64,000 nucleotides of DNA from the human T2T-CHM13v2.0 reference genome, Homo sapiens, in assembly GCF_009914755.1 (NCBI RefSeq), contig NC_060928.1; one strand, written 5' to 3'. This document shows, one piece after another, positions 14,184 through 27,110 of this stretch (position 1 is the first letter of the stretch; the number at the start of each line of letters is the position of its first letter). A program made the position numbers and the translations under genes. A model generated the notes under the pieces. It ran no database searches and was not told the DNA's origin. It saw only the letters and a list, made by a program, of their open reading frames with translations.

Positions 14184-16202
14184 CTAGTGGAAGACACCGT
14201 GCGAGAAGTAAAAGAGAAACACACACAAAAAAACAAAACATTGCCAAGTTAGCAGCTCGGAATTATGTTTTACCTTAGTGTGGCTTCCACCTCTTTTGAA
14301 GTAATGGGCCATTTTGTTGCCTTGACTTTGGAGTACTTTTCAGACTCAGGAAGTCAATAATCCTTTTGGAAGAGAGAATTAATGAGTCTTTCAGTGTAAC
14401 CAATTTCAGGGATATCAGGGAGGCCTGTTATAAAATTATTACAAGCAATATTTATATGATCACATATATGAACTATAATTATTTGCAATTTTATGTTTCT
14501 GTTATCTGCTGTGGGAACAGCTTTTTGATAATGGGAATTTTATAAAAATGGTTTATTAAAATGTCTAGTTTTGGTATCTACTCATTATTTTAGATGAATT
14601 ACAACTCTGAATAAGACTCGAAGGCACCATTTCTTAGTGCCAAGGAAATAAAAGTAATGTGTGTTCATGGCAGTGAAAATGAAGCCACTATCAGTACTGT
14701 TAGGGAAATATATAAAAGAGTTAATTGCTTTCAGAGGCTGAGACATATGCCTCAGGTAGATACTAATTTAATGTTCTTCCTTAAAATATAGTCAATTATT
14801 CAAACACAACAACTAAATTACTCCAATATTTTAAAAATGATTTCCACCAGTCCATATTTGGAGGGATACTATTTAAAAATACATTTTATTTCATATATCA
14901 CCAAGAAAGGTGATATTTTTAGGATACTTCTGAAAGATTTTAACTAAGTACTGCTGGCAACTGAAAAAAAATGGGAGAAGTTATAATTGGTGTTAAGAAG
15001 TAAAGTTGATTATTATGAGAAATGTTTATCGCCAAAGAGAATTTTCAAAATTATATAACATGAATGATATATGATATATTTGATAACTAGGTTAGCATTA
15101 AGCCTCTTTGATTCAAACTGTGTTCCAACCAGTGTTTCAGATACATTCCAGAAGTTTACTTTTACCTTTGATTGTAAAGGTAGTTTTTAAAGGGTGAGTC
15201 ATTAGGGAGGTTTTTAAAAATATACAGTTGCTACTCACTTTATCCTAAAAGGAAAGGAAGATTAAATTTAGCTGAGAGGAAATACTTTTACATTATATTC
15301 TCAGTAATACTAGGGCAAGATGGCTTTGCGTGGCATTTGTACATTATGCATACATAATATGCACAATTTACAGATGGGTATTGATAAATATACTATTACT
15401 GGATAATGAAATGAAAAGTAAAAGTTATGCAGAGTATGGGAGAAGGTCATAATTGTCTGATTACCACACAGTTGCATGGGTTCTTTATAGATATTCTCCT
15501 TTTATATAAACAGTATGTGTATTTTAATTAATACATTGTCTACTGAAATAATAGAAAATCTACCTTTACTTCTGAATTTATAATCATAACTCAGCTTTAA
15601 AACAATTGCAATATTAAAAAGGAGAATTAATACATGGATTATCTACTATAACATGACTGTCATATATTCCAAGTGGAAAAAAATGTGTTCACCTAATAAG
15701 CATTTTGATGCTGAGTTTATACAAAGTAAATTGTTTCTCATTATAGGTGTGTTTAGGTGGAGTCATTATTTGCCTCTCTGTCTATGTATATATAAAATAT
15801 AGTATATATATATATATATGTACAAAATAGAACAGAGGGATATATTAAGTAAGAACTTTGTGCTCACTTGTGGTTTAACAACTGATATGTTTTTCTCTAT
15901 GCAAACCTATGTCCTTTAATGGCAGTTATCTTCACTTTTCGGGTTGCTACTTTTTAGAGAAAGTCACATTCACCAATGGATAAGAATCATTTTAAAACAA
16001 AGCACCAAGGTTTAGATCGTAGCACATCCACCACCACAACAAAAAGAAATAGAAAGTAAATTAAGCCACCAACAATGATGAGGCAAACAGGGCTCTGTGA
16101 ATGGTGAAAATCAATGAGGTCAAAATGGACCACTTTCTTCTCATTGATTTTTCTCTTTTGCTTGTTTCTTGGAGCTGGATTCAATTACTCAGTTACTCTA
16201 TG

Positions 16203-16283
16203 TCCTTCCTTCCTTTCTTCTTTCCTTCTTTCCTTCCTTCCTTCCTTCGTTTATTTCCTTTTTCCCTTGTTTATTTCTTTCTT
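16203..16283. repeat. (TTCC)n / CT-rich simple repeat
   Basis: tccttccttcctttcttctttccttctttccttccttccttccttc. Confidence 0.9.
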
Positions 16284-16369
16284 AAATGGTGCTCTGACAC
16301 ATATTGCTTAATAATAACTCAGTTCCAACAAAGGACAATAATGTCCCTGTGAAAATCAAATTTGAATCA

Positions 16370-17307
16370 CCAGTACTGACCTCTTCCCAAACTCTAGGCA
16401 TATATTGAACTGCCACACTGATATCTTCATTTGCATTTAGATGCAATCATCTAAAATGCATGGTGGTCAAAATAAAATCCTCACTTCTGACCTTTGAATA
16501 TATTCCTCTGCATGGTTTGCCTTGGTAAATAGCTACCTGTTTTCACGCCAAGAGATCTAGGAAAACTCTCTGGTTCCTCTTTTTCTCTTCACTGCAACGT
16601 TGTTTTAAGCAGCAAATCTTGTTAGCTCTACTTTCAAAAGACATTCTCAGTCCTTCCACTTCTGTTTATTTCTACTGCATCTACTTTCATCCAAGGCAAA
16701 ACCATTTTTTTTCTATAATCACTTCTTGACTGATCATCTATTTTTGACTCTTGGTTTCCTCCAGATCAAATCTTCACAGGACAGGGGCATTATATTTTTA
16801 AAACATAAATCAGATCAGATAAGCCTTCTACATAAACTCTCTCTATTTGAAATTCTCCTATGGCTTATTTATTGTGATATAAATCCAAACTTCTCACCAT
16901 GGCTTAAAAGGCCTTATTATTCTAGTGTGGCCTTTATTACTTCTCTGACTTCCAGCCACTTTCCCTTTTCTCTGCCATCACATCCTTCCACACTAGACTG
17001 ATTCCTAAACTTTCTTATCCCTTAAAACTTTATATCTGCTATTCTCTATGCCTGTAATTTTTTTCCCCTAGATCTTTTTTTTTTGTCATTTGTAAATCGG
17101 TGCAAATTTTATAGTTTATTTTTTCACAGCATTTATCAATATCTGAAATTATGTTATTAAATTATCTAATTTTTGACGTTTTGCCCTAACTAGGGTATAA
17201 ACTCAATGACAACAAGGACTTTTTCTGGTTTACTCATCACCGTATATTCAATGCCACAAGAGTGTCTAGCACTTAGCAATCACTCAGTAATGACCACTTG
17301 AATAAAT
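16370..17307 (+). mobile_element. L2 LINE 3' portion
   Basis: Pyrimidine-rich L2 motifs (ttttaaaacataaatcagatca, ccatggcttaaaaggcct) ending in an L2-type terminus gagtgtctagcacttagcaatcactcagtaat...ttgaataaat. Confidence 0.75.
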
Positions 17308-17599
17308 AGCCATAAATTTATCAATAAAAAAGTTTGAAGTAAGTACTGTCAGTCATGCCAGATGTTGTGGGAGGACATAAAATGATCCCAGTAGTCTAGT
17401 TCATGTTAAGAATGATGCCCAGTCACCTGATGCATGACAAGATACAAGTGATTTATTAGGGACTTTCAAAATGCCTACCTGAAAGCAGTCTTATGAAGTT
17501 AAATTGATAAGTTCAGTCATTGCTATTGCCTCAGGGATACATGATGGTGGGTGTTAAGCCAATCTTATATTAAAGAATTTTCTAAAAAATCCATGTCAC

Positions 17600-18220
17600 A
17601 GCCACAAAGAGCCTAAGGAAACCTGACAAGTAAATGTAATGTAGTATTTTGGATGGAATACTGGAACATAGGCAAAAAGTAAGGAAATCTAAATAAATTA
17701 TGAACTTTAGTTACTAGTAATGAATCAATGTTGGTTCCTTACTTCTAAAAATTGTACCATATAGGCCAGGCACAGTTGTTCACACTTGTAATCCCAGCAC
17801 TTTGGGAGGCTGAAGTGGGAGGATCACTTGAGTCCAGGAGTTCAAGACCGGCCTTGGCAACATAGCAAGACCCCATCTCTACAAAAAGAATAATAATAAT
17901 AATAATTAGCTAGGTGCAGTGGTGCATGCCTGTAATCCAGGCTACTGGAGATGCTGAGGTGGGAGGATCACCTGAGTCTGGGAGGTCAAGGTTGCAGTGA
18001 GCTGTGATCCTGCCACTGCGCTCCAACCTGGACAATGGACTGAGATCCTGTCTCCAAAAACAAACAAACAACAACAACAAAACAACAAAACTAAAACTAA
18101 CTACCCAGGATAAAATAAAAATTGTATCATGTAAATATAAACAGTTAATAAGGGAAACTGTGGAGCAGGGTGGGAGGATATATAGAGTCTAATACAGATC
18201 TGAAAATATAGTCTGTTAAT
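17600..18220 (+). mobile_element. L1MC/L1ME-like 3' end fragment split by an Alu
   Basis: aaatgtaatgtagtattttggatggaatactggaaca...aattgtaccat; continues after the Alu as ...gttaataagggaaactg. Confidence 0.6.
17764..18098 (+). mobile_element. AluJ
   Basis: ggccaggcacag...ggaggatcacttgagtccaggagttcaagacc (J-type); dimeric; (CAA)-rich tail; degenerate TSD aaaattgta(c/t)cat. Confidence 0.95.
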
Positions 18221-19943
18221 TAAATAATATATATTATTCACACATTTGTTGAGAAAAGCCTTAAGGGAAAGAAAAAATGTTCCCTTATAAATATTGTGGT
18301 AGCACCCTTCCTGAGTCAATTGCATTCTATATTAAACCATCTTTTGCTATTTTAACTGAAGGAAAAATTTACTAGTGATCTTGCCGACTAAATTGCATAT
18401 TTCAAAATCCTTAATGTTCTAAAAAACTTTTATTGATGGCAACTCTCTGGAAATAGTGAATTAAAATGAAATTCAAAATTTTATTGAAAGCTAGTTGATT
18501 AAATAGAACTGTTTAAAAGATAACAAAACCACAAAAAAATCTATAATTTTAGTATTATGTTTATTTACATTTAAAGGAAAGGTTTAATTTGGTAAATATT
18601 AGGTTTAATAAGAATGCAAGGCAATTGCCTTAAATTTTCCTTTCTATTGAGTTATTTTTTGATACATTAGTTAACTTTGTCAGGCTAATTTAAATTATCT
18701 GCCATAATATGCATGTCTATAGTCTGTGAGGTTTATCCCTTGACTCATCATTTTATACACTGAGATCATCAAAAATATCTTACCTTAGCGACCCAATATT
18801 AGTTCCAGGACTTAGTAATCTACTTTAATTTGCACATTTTCACACATCACATACGTTCCTCTTTTATAATGGAGGGCAGCCAGAATTTAATTAGATCGCA
18901 GAGTTCACACCACAGGATATACTGTCCTTTAATTAGTAGCATATATTGTTTCAGATGCTTACTTGGACACACTGTTAACACTATGAATGAATCACAATAC
19001 AATCCCCGAATGTTAATGGAAACATATGTATTTATTATTTTATTGTTTTCATTTATAAAACTACGTATGCCTTCTAAGTGATTAGGGAGATATTAAAAGA
19101 ATGTTACTTAAATTAAATATCTTCTAGAACTAATACTAAAGTAGAAAATTCAATTATATGGTGAATCATATGTTTTTCTTATTTCCGTAGAAAGCAGGGC
19201 AAAATTTTCTCACCCTCTTCCTTTTAAACTAGATTATTTTTCTTTGTCACAGCCAGGCATCATGCTTGATTTACCTTTAATGCTATATAAAACATCTGAA
19301 ACCTCAAACACATAGGAATAATTTGAATCTTTTCATTCTCCCTAAGAAAAAATTAACAGACAGCTCATATGATTTCTATCTCAGTGTATGTCTTATTTTT
19401 CATGATCAAATTACTTCTTTTCAAGTTATTAGATTGTTTATAGAATCATTCAAAAGTTTGTTTTTACTTGTAAAAAAGGCTATCACAATTTAACATTTCA
19501 TTCATTTTATAAAATGCAAAAAAAAGAATTTTACAATTGAAGCCCCTGAACATTCCTGTAACCAAAATAAAATGACTATAACAGTAAATGGGATCCATTT
19601 GGTATGCAAAATATTTGTAGAAAAGTTCAAAAGCCATTATTTGCAATTGTAAGGTGCAGAAATTTTTTTTATAAAATATGTATCTTTGCATGTCTCAACT
19701 TGGAATTAATTGTAAAGCATGAAAACACAAATAACTTGAGACAACATTACATAGGAAAGGCTATAAAATGTAATCAATATTTTGGACATTGTGTAAAATA
19801 CTTCCCACACTGTAATTAATGATTGATTCATACATTTCATTTATTTTTGGTCTTCTGCTCATAAATTATTTGAAAGTAGACCAATTGAATTATTTTCTGT
19901 TTTTGTCAGTGTGTATGTATGTGTGTGTGTGTGTGTGCATGTG

Positions 19944-20311
19944 TGTATTAGTCTGTTCTCATGCTGCTAATAAATACCTACCCAAGAGTGGGTAATTTAT
20001 AAAGAAAAAGAGGTTCAATGGACTCATAGTTCCACATGACTGGGGAGGCCTCACAATCATGGCAGAAGGCGAAGGAGGAGCAAGGCGCCTCTTACACAGC
20101 AGCAGGCAGAAGAGCGTGTTCAGGGGAACTGCCATTTATAAAACCGTCAGATCTTGTGAGACCCCCCCTCACTATCACGAGAACAGCATGGGAGAACATG
20201 CCCCCATGATTCAGTTATCTCCCACCAGGTCCCTCTCATAACACATGGGAATTATGGGAGCTACAATTCAAGATGAGATTTGTTTGGGTGGGGACACAAC
20301 CAAACCATATC

Positions 20312-20312
<1 letters not shown>
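19944..20312 (-). mobile_element. THE1 (B-like) MaLR solo LTR flanked by TG repeats
   Basis: tgtattagtctgttctcatgctgctaataaa...gggacacaaccaaaccatatca. Confidence 0.93.

Positions 20313-20358
<46 letters not shown>
20313..20358. repeat. (TG)n microsatellite (a second TG run lies at ~19908-19943)
   Basis: Direct observation. Confidence 0.95.
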
Positions 20359-20361
<3 letters not shown>

Positions 20362-21707
20362 CGAAAAAAATCCATAACAGAAATTTTTTTCATGAACATC
20401 ATTGCCAACCTTTCATATATGATTACTTTTTCTTTTCTTTGTTTCATAGAGAAGTCAAATTTAAGAGTTATCAGCTACATTAATACTTCCTTCCAGAGTA
20501 GTAGGAAAAGGTGAAGGCATGAGAAGAAAAAATCCTCATATGTTTATTTGTTTCAAATGCTTGGATCATATTTGAAGACTTAAATTGCTTTAGCTTTTTG
20601 TTTTGGTTTGCTTTGGCTTTCTCTAAAACAGATTCTTCTTCTGAAAAAAATATAAAGAATTAGTACATTCTGCTTGTTTTTAAGCATTTGCTTTTTGAAA
20701 GCATAAGAAAGTAAATAGCAAATGTTTTCCTCAGTGATTCTTTTTAAACCTCTATACTTGTCAGCTTCCCTTTTACTAGCATATACCAATAGTAAAAGTG
20801 TCATCTGTAAGCAGAAGCTCCTCATCTTAATACCTAAACACGTTAATTCTTTATTCATGAGTATATTCTTTAAGGAAGTCTGAAACTTGGTTCATTCAAA
20901 GCTGGAAAGAAAAAAATCAAGGTGATTGTCTAATTCTAAAATATTTGTCAACATTTTACTATATTTCAATGTTTTAGAAATATTTTAATGTTCCACTGTT
21001 CTCACAATGAAGTGTAAGCATGCCATTTTCCAAGTAACAGAGATACAAATTGACCACAGCTATTAATTTAGGTTAACTGTTAAATCAACTTTTACAAAAC
21101 TTTTAGTTAGGCAAGTCATTTTATTCCTTTTGTTTTTTTTCTGCTGCACTCTGAGGAAGGTGTCTGACTTTTTATTAAAGGCACATAATGACTGAGATGC
21201 TGGTGTCATCTAAAGAACATTCAGATAATTTGTAATAGTAATTAGAAGAGACTACAATTATTCTTGGTTGAAATACTTTAGGGCTAAAGATTTTTCTTTA
21301 GGGTATGATGTTTTATAAGATATCAAAATTTCATTCTTAAGTATCACAACAATCTATGATTTTTCAAATGAACATGATTTTAGGTACCCAATGATTTTTG
21401 AAAGAGTTGTGGTTATATCCATTATGTATTAACTCTTAATAAAATATTTCTGTGTTTTCATAGAATATATCCCCATATAACCTCTCTGTGTAGTAATTTT
21501 TCATGAAGAAAAGTTATGAAACAATAAAAAAAAGGATTCTGAACAGATCTAATATATAACTGTCTTTGTAATCCTCTCTAGTCTTATCTTGCTATTTCCT
21601 TTCAAGAACTTTTTCTATGATGCGTTTTTTTTCTTTAGTCCCTAGAGAATTATTTTCTAACTCATTATTTGAGTTTTTTAGCCCAATATCATTATACTAT
21701 TAAATTT

Positions 21708-21767
21708 TAAGCAAATTGTTACAGCTGTAAGCAAATTTTTACAACTGTAAGCAAATTGTAAGCAAGT
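21708..21767. repeat. Short tandem repeat, ~20-bp unit
   Basis: taagcaaattgttacagctg / taagcaaatttttacaactg / taagcaaattg / taagcaagt. Confidence 0.85.
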
Positions 21768-21874
21768 TTATTTTCCCTGCAACTTGGTATACTTATACCA
21801 TGGCTGACGTTTTTTCAGATGAAACATTTTGCCAAGCAGGTTATATGTTGTGGTAAAAGAATGGCACAACTTAC

Positions 21875-21962
21875 AATGAGTAAGAAGAAAGTGAAACAAT
21901 CTTGTGTCTACTGGAACCTGAAAGACCTTTTCCTTGAGAGAATAGAAAAGAACAGTTCCTTG
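21875..21962 (-). other. Candidate 88-nt internal exon
   Basis: Minus strand: ctgttttctttgtttcccttcAG|CAAGGAAC...CTCATT|GTAAGT; motif evidence only. Confidence 0.3.
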
Positions 21963-24039
21963 CTGAAGGGAAACAAAGAAAACAGTATAACTGCTTAAAT
22001 AGAAACCATAAGAAGTTCTTTTGGTACAATATCATTTGAATTGTAATTGTTGCTGACTTTAGTATTGTTCTGAACTTTAAATTCATCAAGAGTGCTATTA
22101 AAAATATGGGTCATTTATACCCGTTTTAATGGGTCCATGAAGCAATGATATGCTATAATGCTTTCTGTCTTTAAATGGCCCATTAGAGTACACTGTAATC
22201 TTATGTTTTCCTCATGATCTGAGAGCTACGAAATGCTTTTAGCCAAGGATATTTTATGCATCTGGGTGTTAAACACTCTACTTGTAGATATTAGTTCCCT
22301 TCACTGCTAAAATTTTGGAAAATAATCATCCCACCCCAAATCTAAGTTTATTTTATTCTTATTTCCAAAAAGGCATCTTCTTTGGATGGGTATGCACACA
22401 TTTGAAAGTGTAGATGAACGCAAAGAGATTTTATACCACTGCACTGTTCATGTCCTGTATGGCTTGCTGTTTACTGAACTGTGGCCTCTTCATTTATATT
22501 TTGGTGAGTGTTTCATCTCATAATGATTGATAAAATATTTACAAGTGACAGGGCTGACTCTTCCCTGAAGGCACAAAGAAAAAGAGTATTATGCTAGACA
22601 TTAAAATGTTTAGGTACCTGGATGTACTTTGAAGGAAATGTTCCATAAGTGGAAGCGTTTGGTGTTATAATGGACCTCATAAACAAATCACTAGGTAGGA
22701 GAGATTTACAAACATTTTTAAGGACATTGTCAGCAAGCGGTGTTGTCTGGGCCTACTAGGAACTCAGGACACAGAAAGTAGAAGAATCTTTGCTAAAGAA
22801 CAATGCCTGTTATGCCACATATTTTCATAGAGGCTATCCTTTAACAACTTATTTGCTCAGTGCATTCTCGTTCTGAAAAATGTATCCTTGCTGTTGCACT
22901 AGCATGCACATATTTGGAAGTGTACATAAACAAAAAGTTTGGGAATTACTGGCCCAGGACATTCAAATCATCATTAGCCTATTTTTTCAAAGAATGTTAA
23001 TCAACCATTTAGTGGAATGTAGTCAACAGTAATGTATTGCCAAGTTAATGACACCAAAAATATAAGGGAAATATTTGGGAGCCCTAGATTTTTTTTAACA
23101 CAGAAGCAACCAAATAAATGTATAAAACATAATTTGTAATTTTCTATGACTAGAAATGAATTAAGTTTACTTCTTAATAAAATGGAAAACAATTGAAATT
23201 ATTTGAATATGCTCAAAAAGTGGTTACTTTTTAGGCTACTGGCCTAAACCCTATGGGAAAGTGAGCTGCCTACCTTTTTTAAGGACACTTTTTGTAGTTG
23301 TTCTCATTTTCATGCTGAGTTCTTTCCCTTGCATATTATTCTAAAGTATTTTCTCCTCCTCTTTTTTAAAAATAGCAACATATTTTCAAATACAAAAAGT
23401 GAGTATTTTAAATCTTGTCCGTCCTTTTTAGATGATTACTCTATTCTAATTTTACAACCACCTGTCCAGACATTGGAGCACATGCAGATACCTCATTGGC
23501 TTACTATTCTTTTCCTTCTAATGGCAAGGCTGATATTTGTTAATACAGCTATTTAAAATAAAACCACCAACAACAAATTCTTCAAGGAGGCCACTGATGA
23601 TTCTGTAAAAATGTATGTGTGTGTGTGTGTTTGTGTGCATGTGCACGCACGTGCTCACATGAATGAGCTCAAGTGGGTTCCTAGACAGATTTCATTAAAT
23701 AGAAAGAAAGAGAGAAACATACAATCCGTTTGCTAGTATACTGATGTTTGCAGAAAACCCTTATCAAAATTTAATGACCCTAAAGGTGGTTATCGATTTT
23801 CCTTTTTCTTCAGACAATATTTCATTTGTGATATTGACTTGCCACAAATGAATGTTTGCTTAAGACAGTGTTACATGTTATAGAGCAATACTACATAAAA
23901 GGCTTGCAGCTCTTGTACTCTACAAGGAACAACCAAGGCACTCGTAGATAGCAATGGAATGTAAAACCAAAGCCAACCTGTCTTTTTCATTCTTTTCATG
24001 TATATATAGGAATATATAAGAATTTAATTTTTTCCTTAG

Positions 24040-24090
24040 GTTTATGAGGAATATCTTGCCAATGTGAATCTGGATTTGGAAGAACGATAC
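24040..24090 (+). other. Candidate 51-nt plus-strand exon
   Basis: ttaattttttccttAG|GTTTATGAG...CGATAC|GTTAGT; frame 0 is open (VYEEYLANVNLDLEERY); no recognised protein. Confidence 0.25.
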
Positions 24091-24095
24091 GTTAG

Positions 24096-24387
24096 TGTAT
24101 TAGTTTCCCAGGCCTGCCATAACAGAGGGCCACAAACTGGGTGGCTTAACCAACAGCAATTTATTGTCTCAGATTTCTGAAGGCTAGAGGTCCAAGATCA
24201 AGGTATTGGCAGGGCCTTCCTGCCTCTGAAGGCTCTAGGGAATGATATATTCCAGGCCTCTCTCTTAACATCTCATAGTTACTTTGGCATGTGGCAGCAA
24301 TTCCAATCCTCACAATCTCCTTATGTGGTTGTCTCTCTCCAAATTTACCTTTTTAATAAAAACACTAGTCATATTAGAGCCCACCTG
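24096..24387 (-). mobile_element. MLT1 (B/C-like) LTR, partial
   Basis: tgtattagtttcccaggcctgccataacagagggccacaaactgggtggcttaa...tccaagatcaaggtattggcagggcc. Confidence 0.85.
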
Positions 24388-24574
24388 CTAAAGCTTAGAG
24401 TGGAAGCTTAGCTAGTTTTAGACACTCCTATGCCACATCCCGTGTTCTGCATTCCATGATTGTGGCTTGAGTCCTTTTAATTGCAACATTGGCCTGATTG
24501 GCTGCCATTTTATTATCGTGCCTTGACCATTGTTATTCCCTGCCCTGCTGTGCTTTCTTGCATAATGACAATGT

Positions 24575-24737
24575 CTTCCCTGGGCCAGATTGGAAGAAGA
24601 ATTGTCTTGGGCCAAACATAAAATACACGAACACTAACAATAGCTGATGAGCTAAAACCAATGCAAAAAAAAAAAAAAAATCTCATAATGTTTTAAGAAA
24701 GTTTACGAATTTTTGTTGGGCCACATTCAAAATTGTC
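24575..24737 (+). mobile_element. MER30 hAT-Charlie element lacking both termini
   Basis: cttccctgggcc...aattgtcttgggcc...gctgatgagctaaaa...tctcataatgttttaagaaagtttacgaattt...ccacattcaaa. Confidence 0.88.
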
Positions 24738-25025
24738 TTTGTCAAGAAGAAGACAAGGATATCTTCTCCTTGATGAACATGGTCTTCCCGATGAGCATGA
24801 CCATTCCAGATTCTCTCATTTCTAGCTCTGGTCTATCTCACTTCCCTCTGAATTCCAAGCTCTAATTCTGGTATTAGAATTAACACTCCTTTTTTGTTCT
24901 CTACCAAAATGGAGATAAATTCGCTAAGGGTACATGTTCTTTTGACTTAATGGAGCCATGAACCCTTTTTTCCATCAGAAGGCTGACAGGAGGTAATAGT
25001 ATTGCCTTGAAATAAAAGTCTAATC

Positions 25026-25225
25026 TGATCTTGTCAAATCTGTGGCCCAGGACAGCTTTGAATGTGGCCCAATACAAATTCATAAACTTTCTTAAAACAT
25101 TCTGAGACTTTTTTTGTGATTTTTTTTTAGCTCATCAGGTATTGTTAGTGTTAGTGTATTTTATGTGTGGTCCATGACAATTCTTCCAATGTGGCCTAGG
25201 GAAACCAAAAGATTGGATTCCCCTG
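25026..25225 (-). mobile_element. MER30 hAT-Charlie element, near complete
   Basis: Reverse-complemented MER30 ending ...gattggattcccctg; perfect 8-bp TSD GTCTAATC at 25018-25025 and 25226-25233. Confidence 0.92.
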
Positions 25226-26983
25226 GTCTAATCCATTATCATCTAGAAGAAATAACTTTTAAAATAGACCTGCTTATGTATAACTATTTCTGATTGATTA
25301 AACTATTTACTGTAACTATTACTTTCTTTAATAATACTACTGCTTTCATTTAACTATTACATGATTCTTTTGAAATGATGTATTTACAGAAGAAGATAGG
25401 GTTCATCTGACATATGTTAAAATCTTGTCTTAAGCATGTGGCAATATGTATCCCTGGCTAAAAATTCTTTAACCATTAGCTTTCAGGACTTTTAAGTACC
25501 TGCTAAAAAGCTGTGCATATGTCTGCTTTATTTAATAAAGTGGTCTGCAAACTTAGGTATCAAACTTTAAGTTATCTGCATTTAGTTATTCCTACTGCTA
25601 TTGGCAAGAGCTATCAAAATTACAATGTTTTTCTCCTGCCAGAAAAGTACTAGAGACTTTTTGTTTTTGTTGCTAAATGAAGACACTTTGACATAGATTT
25701 TTTTCCTAATAGTAGATGCTAATAGAGACAATATTTTTCACAACAGCAGTAACGACAACAAGTTTACTTATTTCATTATTTCATTGAACATGCCTATTAT
25801 CTTTGTGCAAATGTTATTAGAATTCTGTGGTGGAAGTAAATGTAACCTTAATGTATTTACCTTTCAGTTCTTTCACCCTTAGTAGCTGTCTGTATTTCTA
25901 GTAATTTTTTAAAAAATATAATCTATAAATCATAAACTGACATTGAAACAGTGAGACTTGTCTATAGGTCTTAAAGCCAGTGCCACATGCTCATGTGATG
26001 AATTTAGCTTACATATTTGCAATACCATATAGGTAGAATTATTAGTTACTGTTTCATTACAATTAATCGAGGAATGCACATAGACATCTTTTCAATAAAT
26101 TTTCCTTTTGACAATAATGCAGAGAACATGTTTATTTAATGAAAGCATGGGTTGTTACTCAAAACCACTATTCACTTTGTCTTCCATTGTTGACTGTTAT
26201 AATTCTGGTTAGTAACTCCTGTCTAACAGGACTAATGATTTAGTTTTGTAGGAATGAAAGTGAGGAGGAAATTATTCTGATTTTTAAAATATAGAAAAGC
26301 TAAAAAACATCAAACATGTGAAAACTTCCAAGATGGAAGGAGCTCTGGCTTTAAGTAGTAGGTTCAGTTTATAACAAGTATACAAATTTATATTGTAGTG
26401 CATATTCTAGTTGCACAGTAAGTCATCTCTAAACATAATAATAGTAATATAGGGCTAATCATTTAGTATTACTAAAAGAATGACTAGATTACAAGAGTTA
26501 TAATATATAAGATAATATGAATTTCCACAGGCAGCACTGTTTTATTCAGCAGGACTTATAGGTATAAAAGAATATCAAGGAGAAAGAGGCAGAGATTCCA
26601 ATGTGGTGGTAAGAGTGATGAGACATGTATTAATTTTGCCTGGAATTAAGCTGAGTAAATAATTTAAGCTGTAGACATATACTGTATATCTTGATAGGCT
26701 AGACATTGCACAGGTTGCTAGGGATATACTGGTGAACGAAAGTTAGCATCATCCCTGCTTTCATGAAACATACCAACCAGTGGAAAATAGTGTTTTTCAA
26801 ATACCATAAAAATGAACTCCAGAGTACAAACTAAAAAAGTGCCCTCAAGAAAAAAAGGCATAAAGCATGCAATACAGACCGGTGGACTTTAAACTTGGAT
26901 TCCATACTCACTAAAAGAGTTTGGAAAATTATGTACCTCTTCACCCATGTTTAACTTGTCATCTAAATTTTTCATTGTAAGTC

Positions 26984-27110
26984 GAAATTTCTTAATGGGT
27001 CCAATGTACATTATTCAGGTGATGGATGCTGTAAATTGCCTAATCTTACCACTGTGCAATCTATGCATGTAAAAAAATTGCACTTGTACCCTATAAATGT
27101 ATATACAATT
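26984..27110 (+). mobile_element. L1 (L1PB/L1MA-like) extreme 3' fragment
   Basis: aatgtacattattcaggtgatgg...ccactgtgcaatctatgcatgtaaaaaaattgcacttgtaccctataaat. Confidence 0.8.

Noticed and set aside
14184-14278. Plus-strand open frame SGRHRARSKRETHTKKQNIAKLAARNYVLP*
   Set aside because: Better explained as the antisense of the minus-strand pyrimidine tract; poor plus-strand acceptor context.
18775-18830. Minus-strand donor-like CTAAG|GTAAGA
   Set aside because: No matching upstream acceptor with a pyrimidine tract and no clean open frame.
19464-19580. Minus-strand acceptor-like ttttattttggttacAG|GAATGTTCAGG as another last exon
   Set aside because: Only an acceptor motif; no supporting donor, nearby poly(A) context or recognisable peptide.
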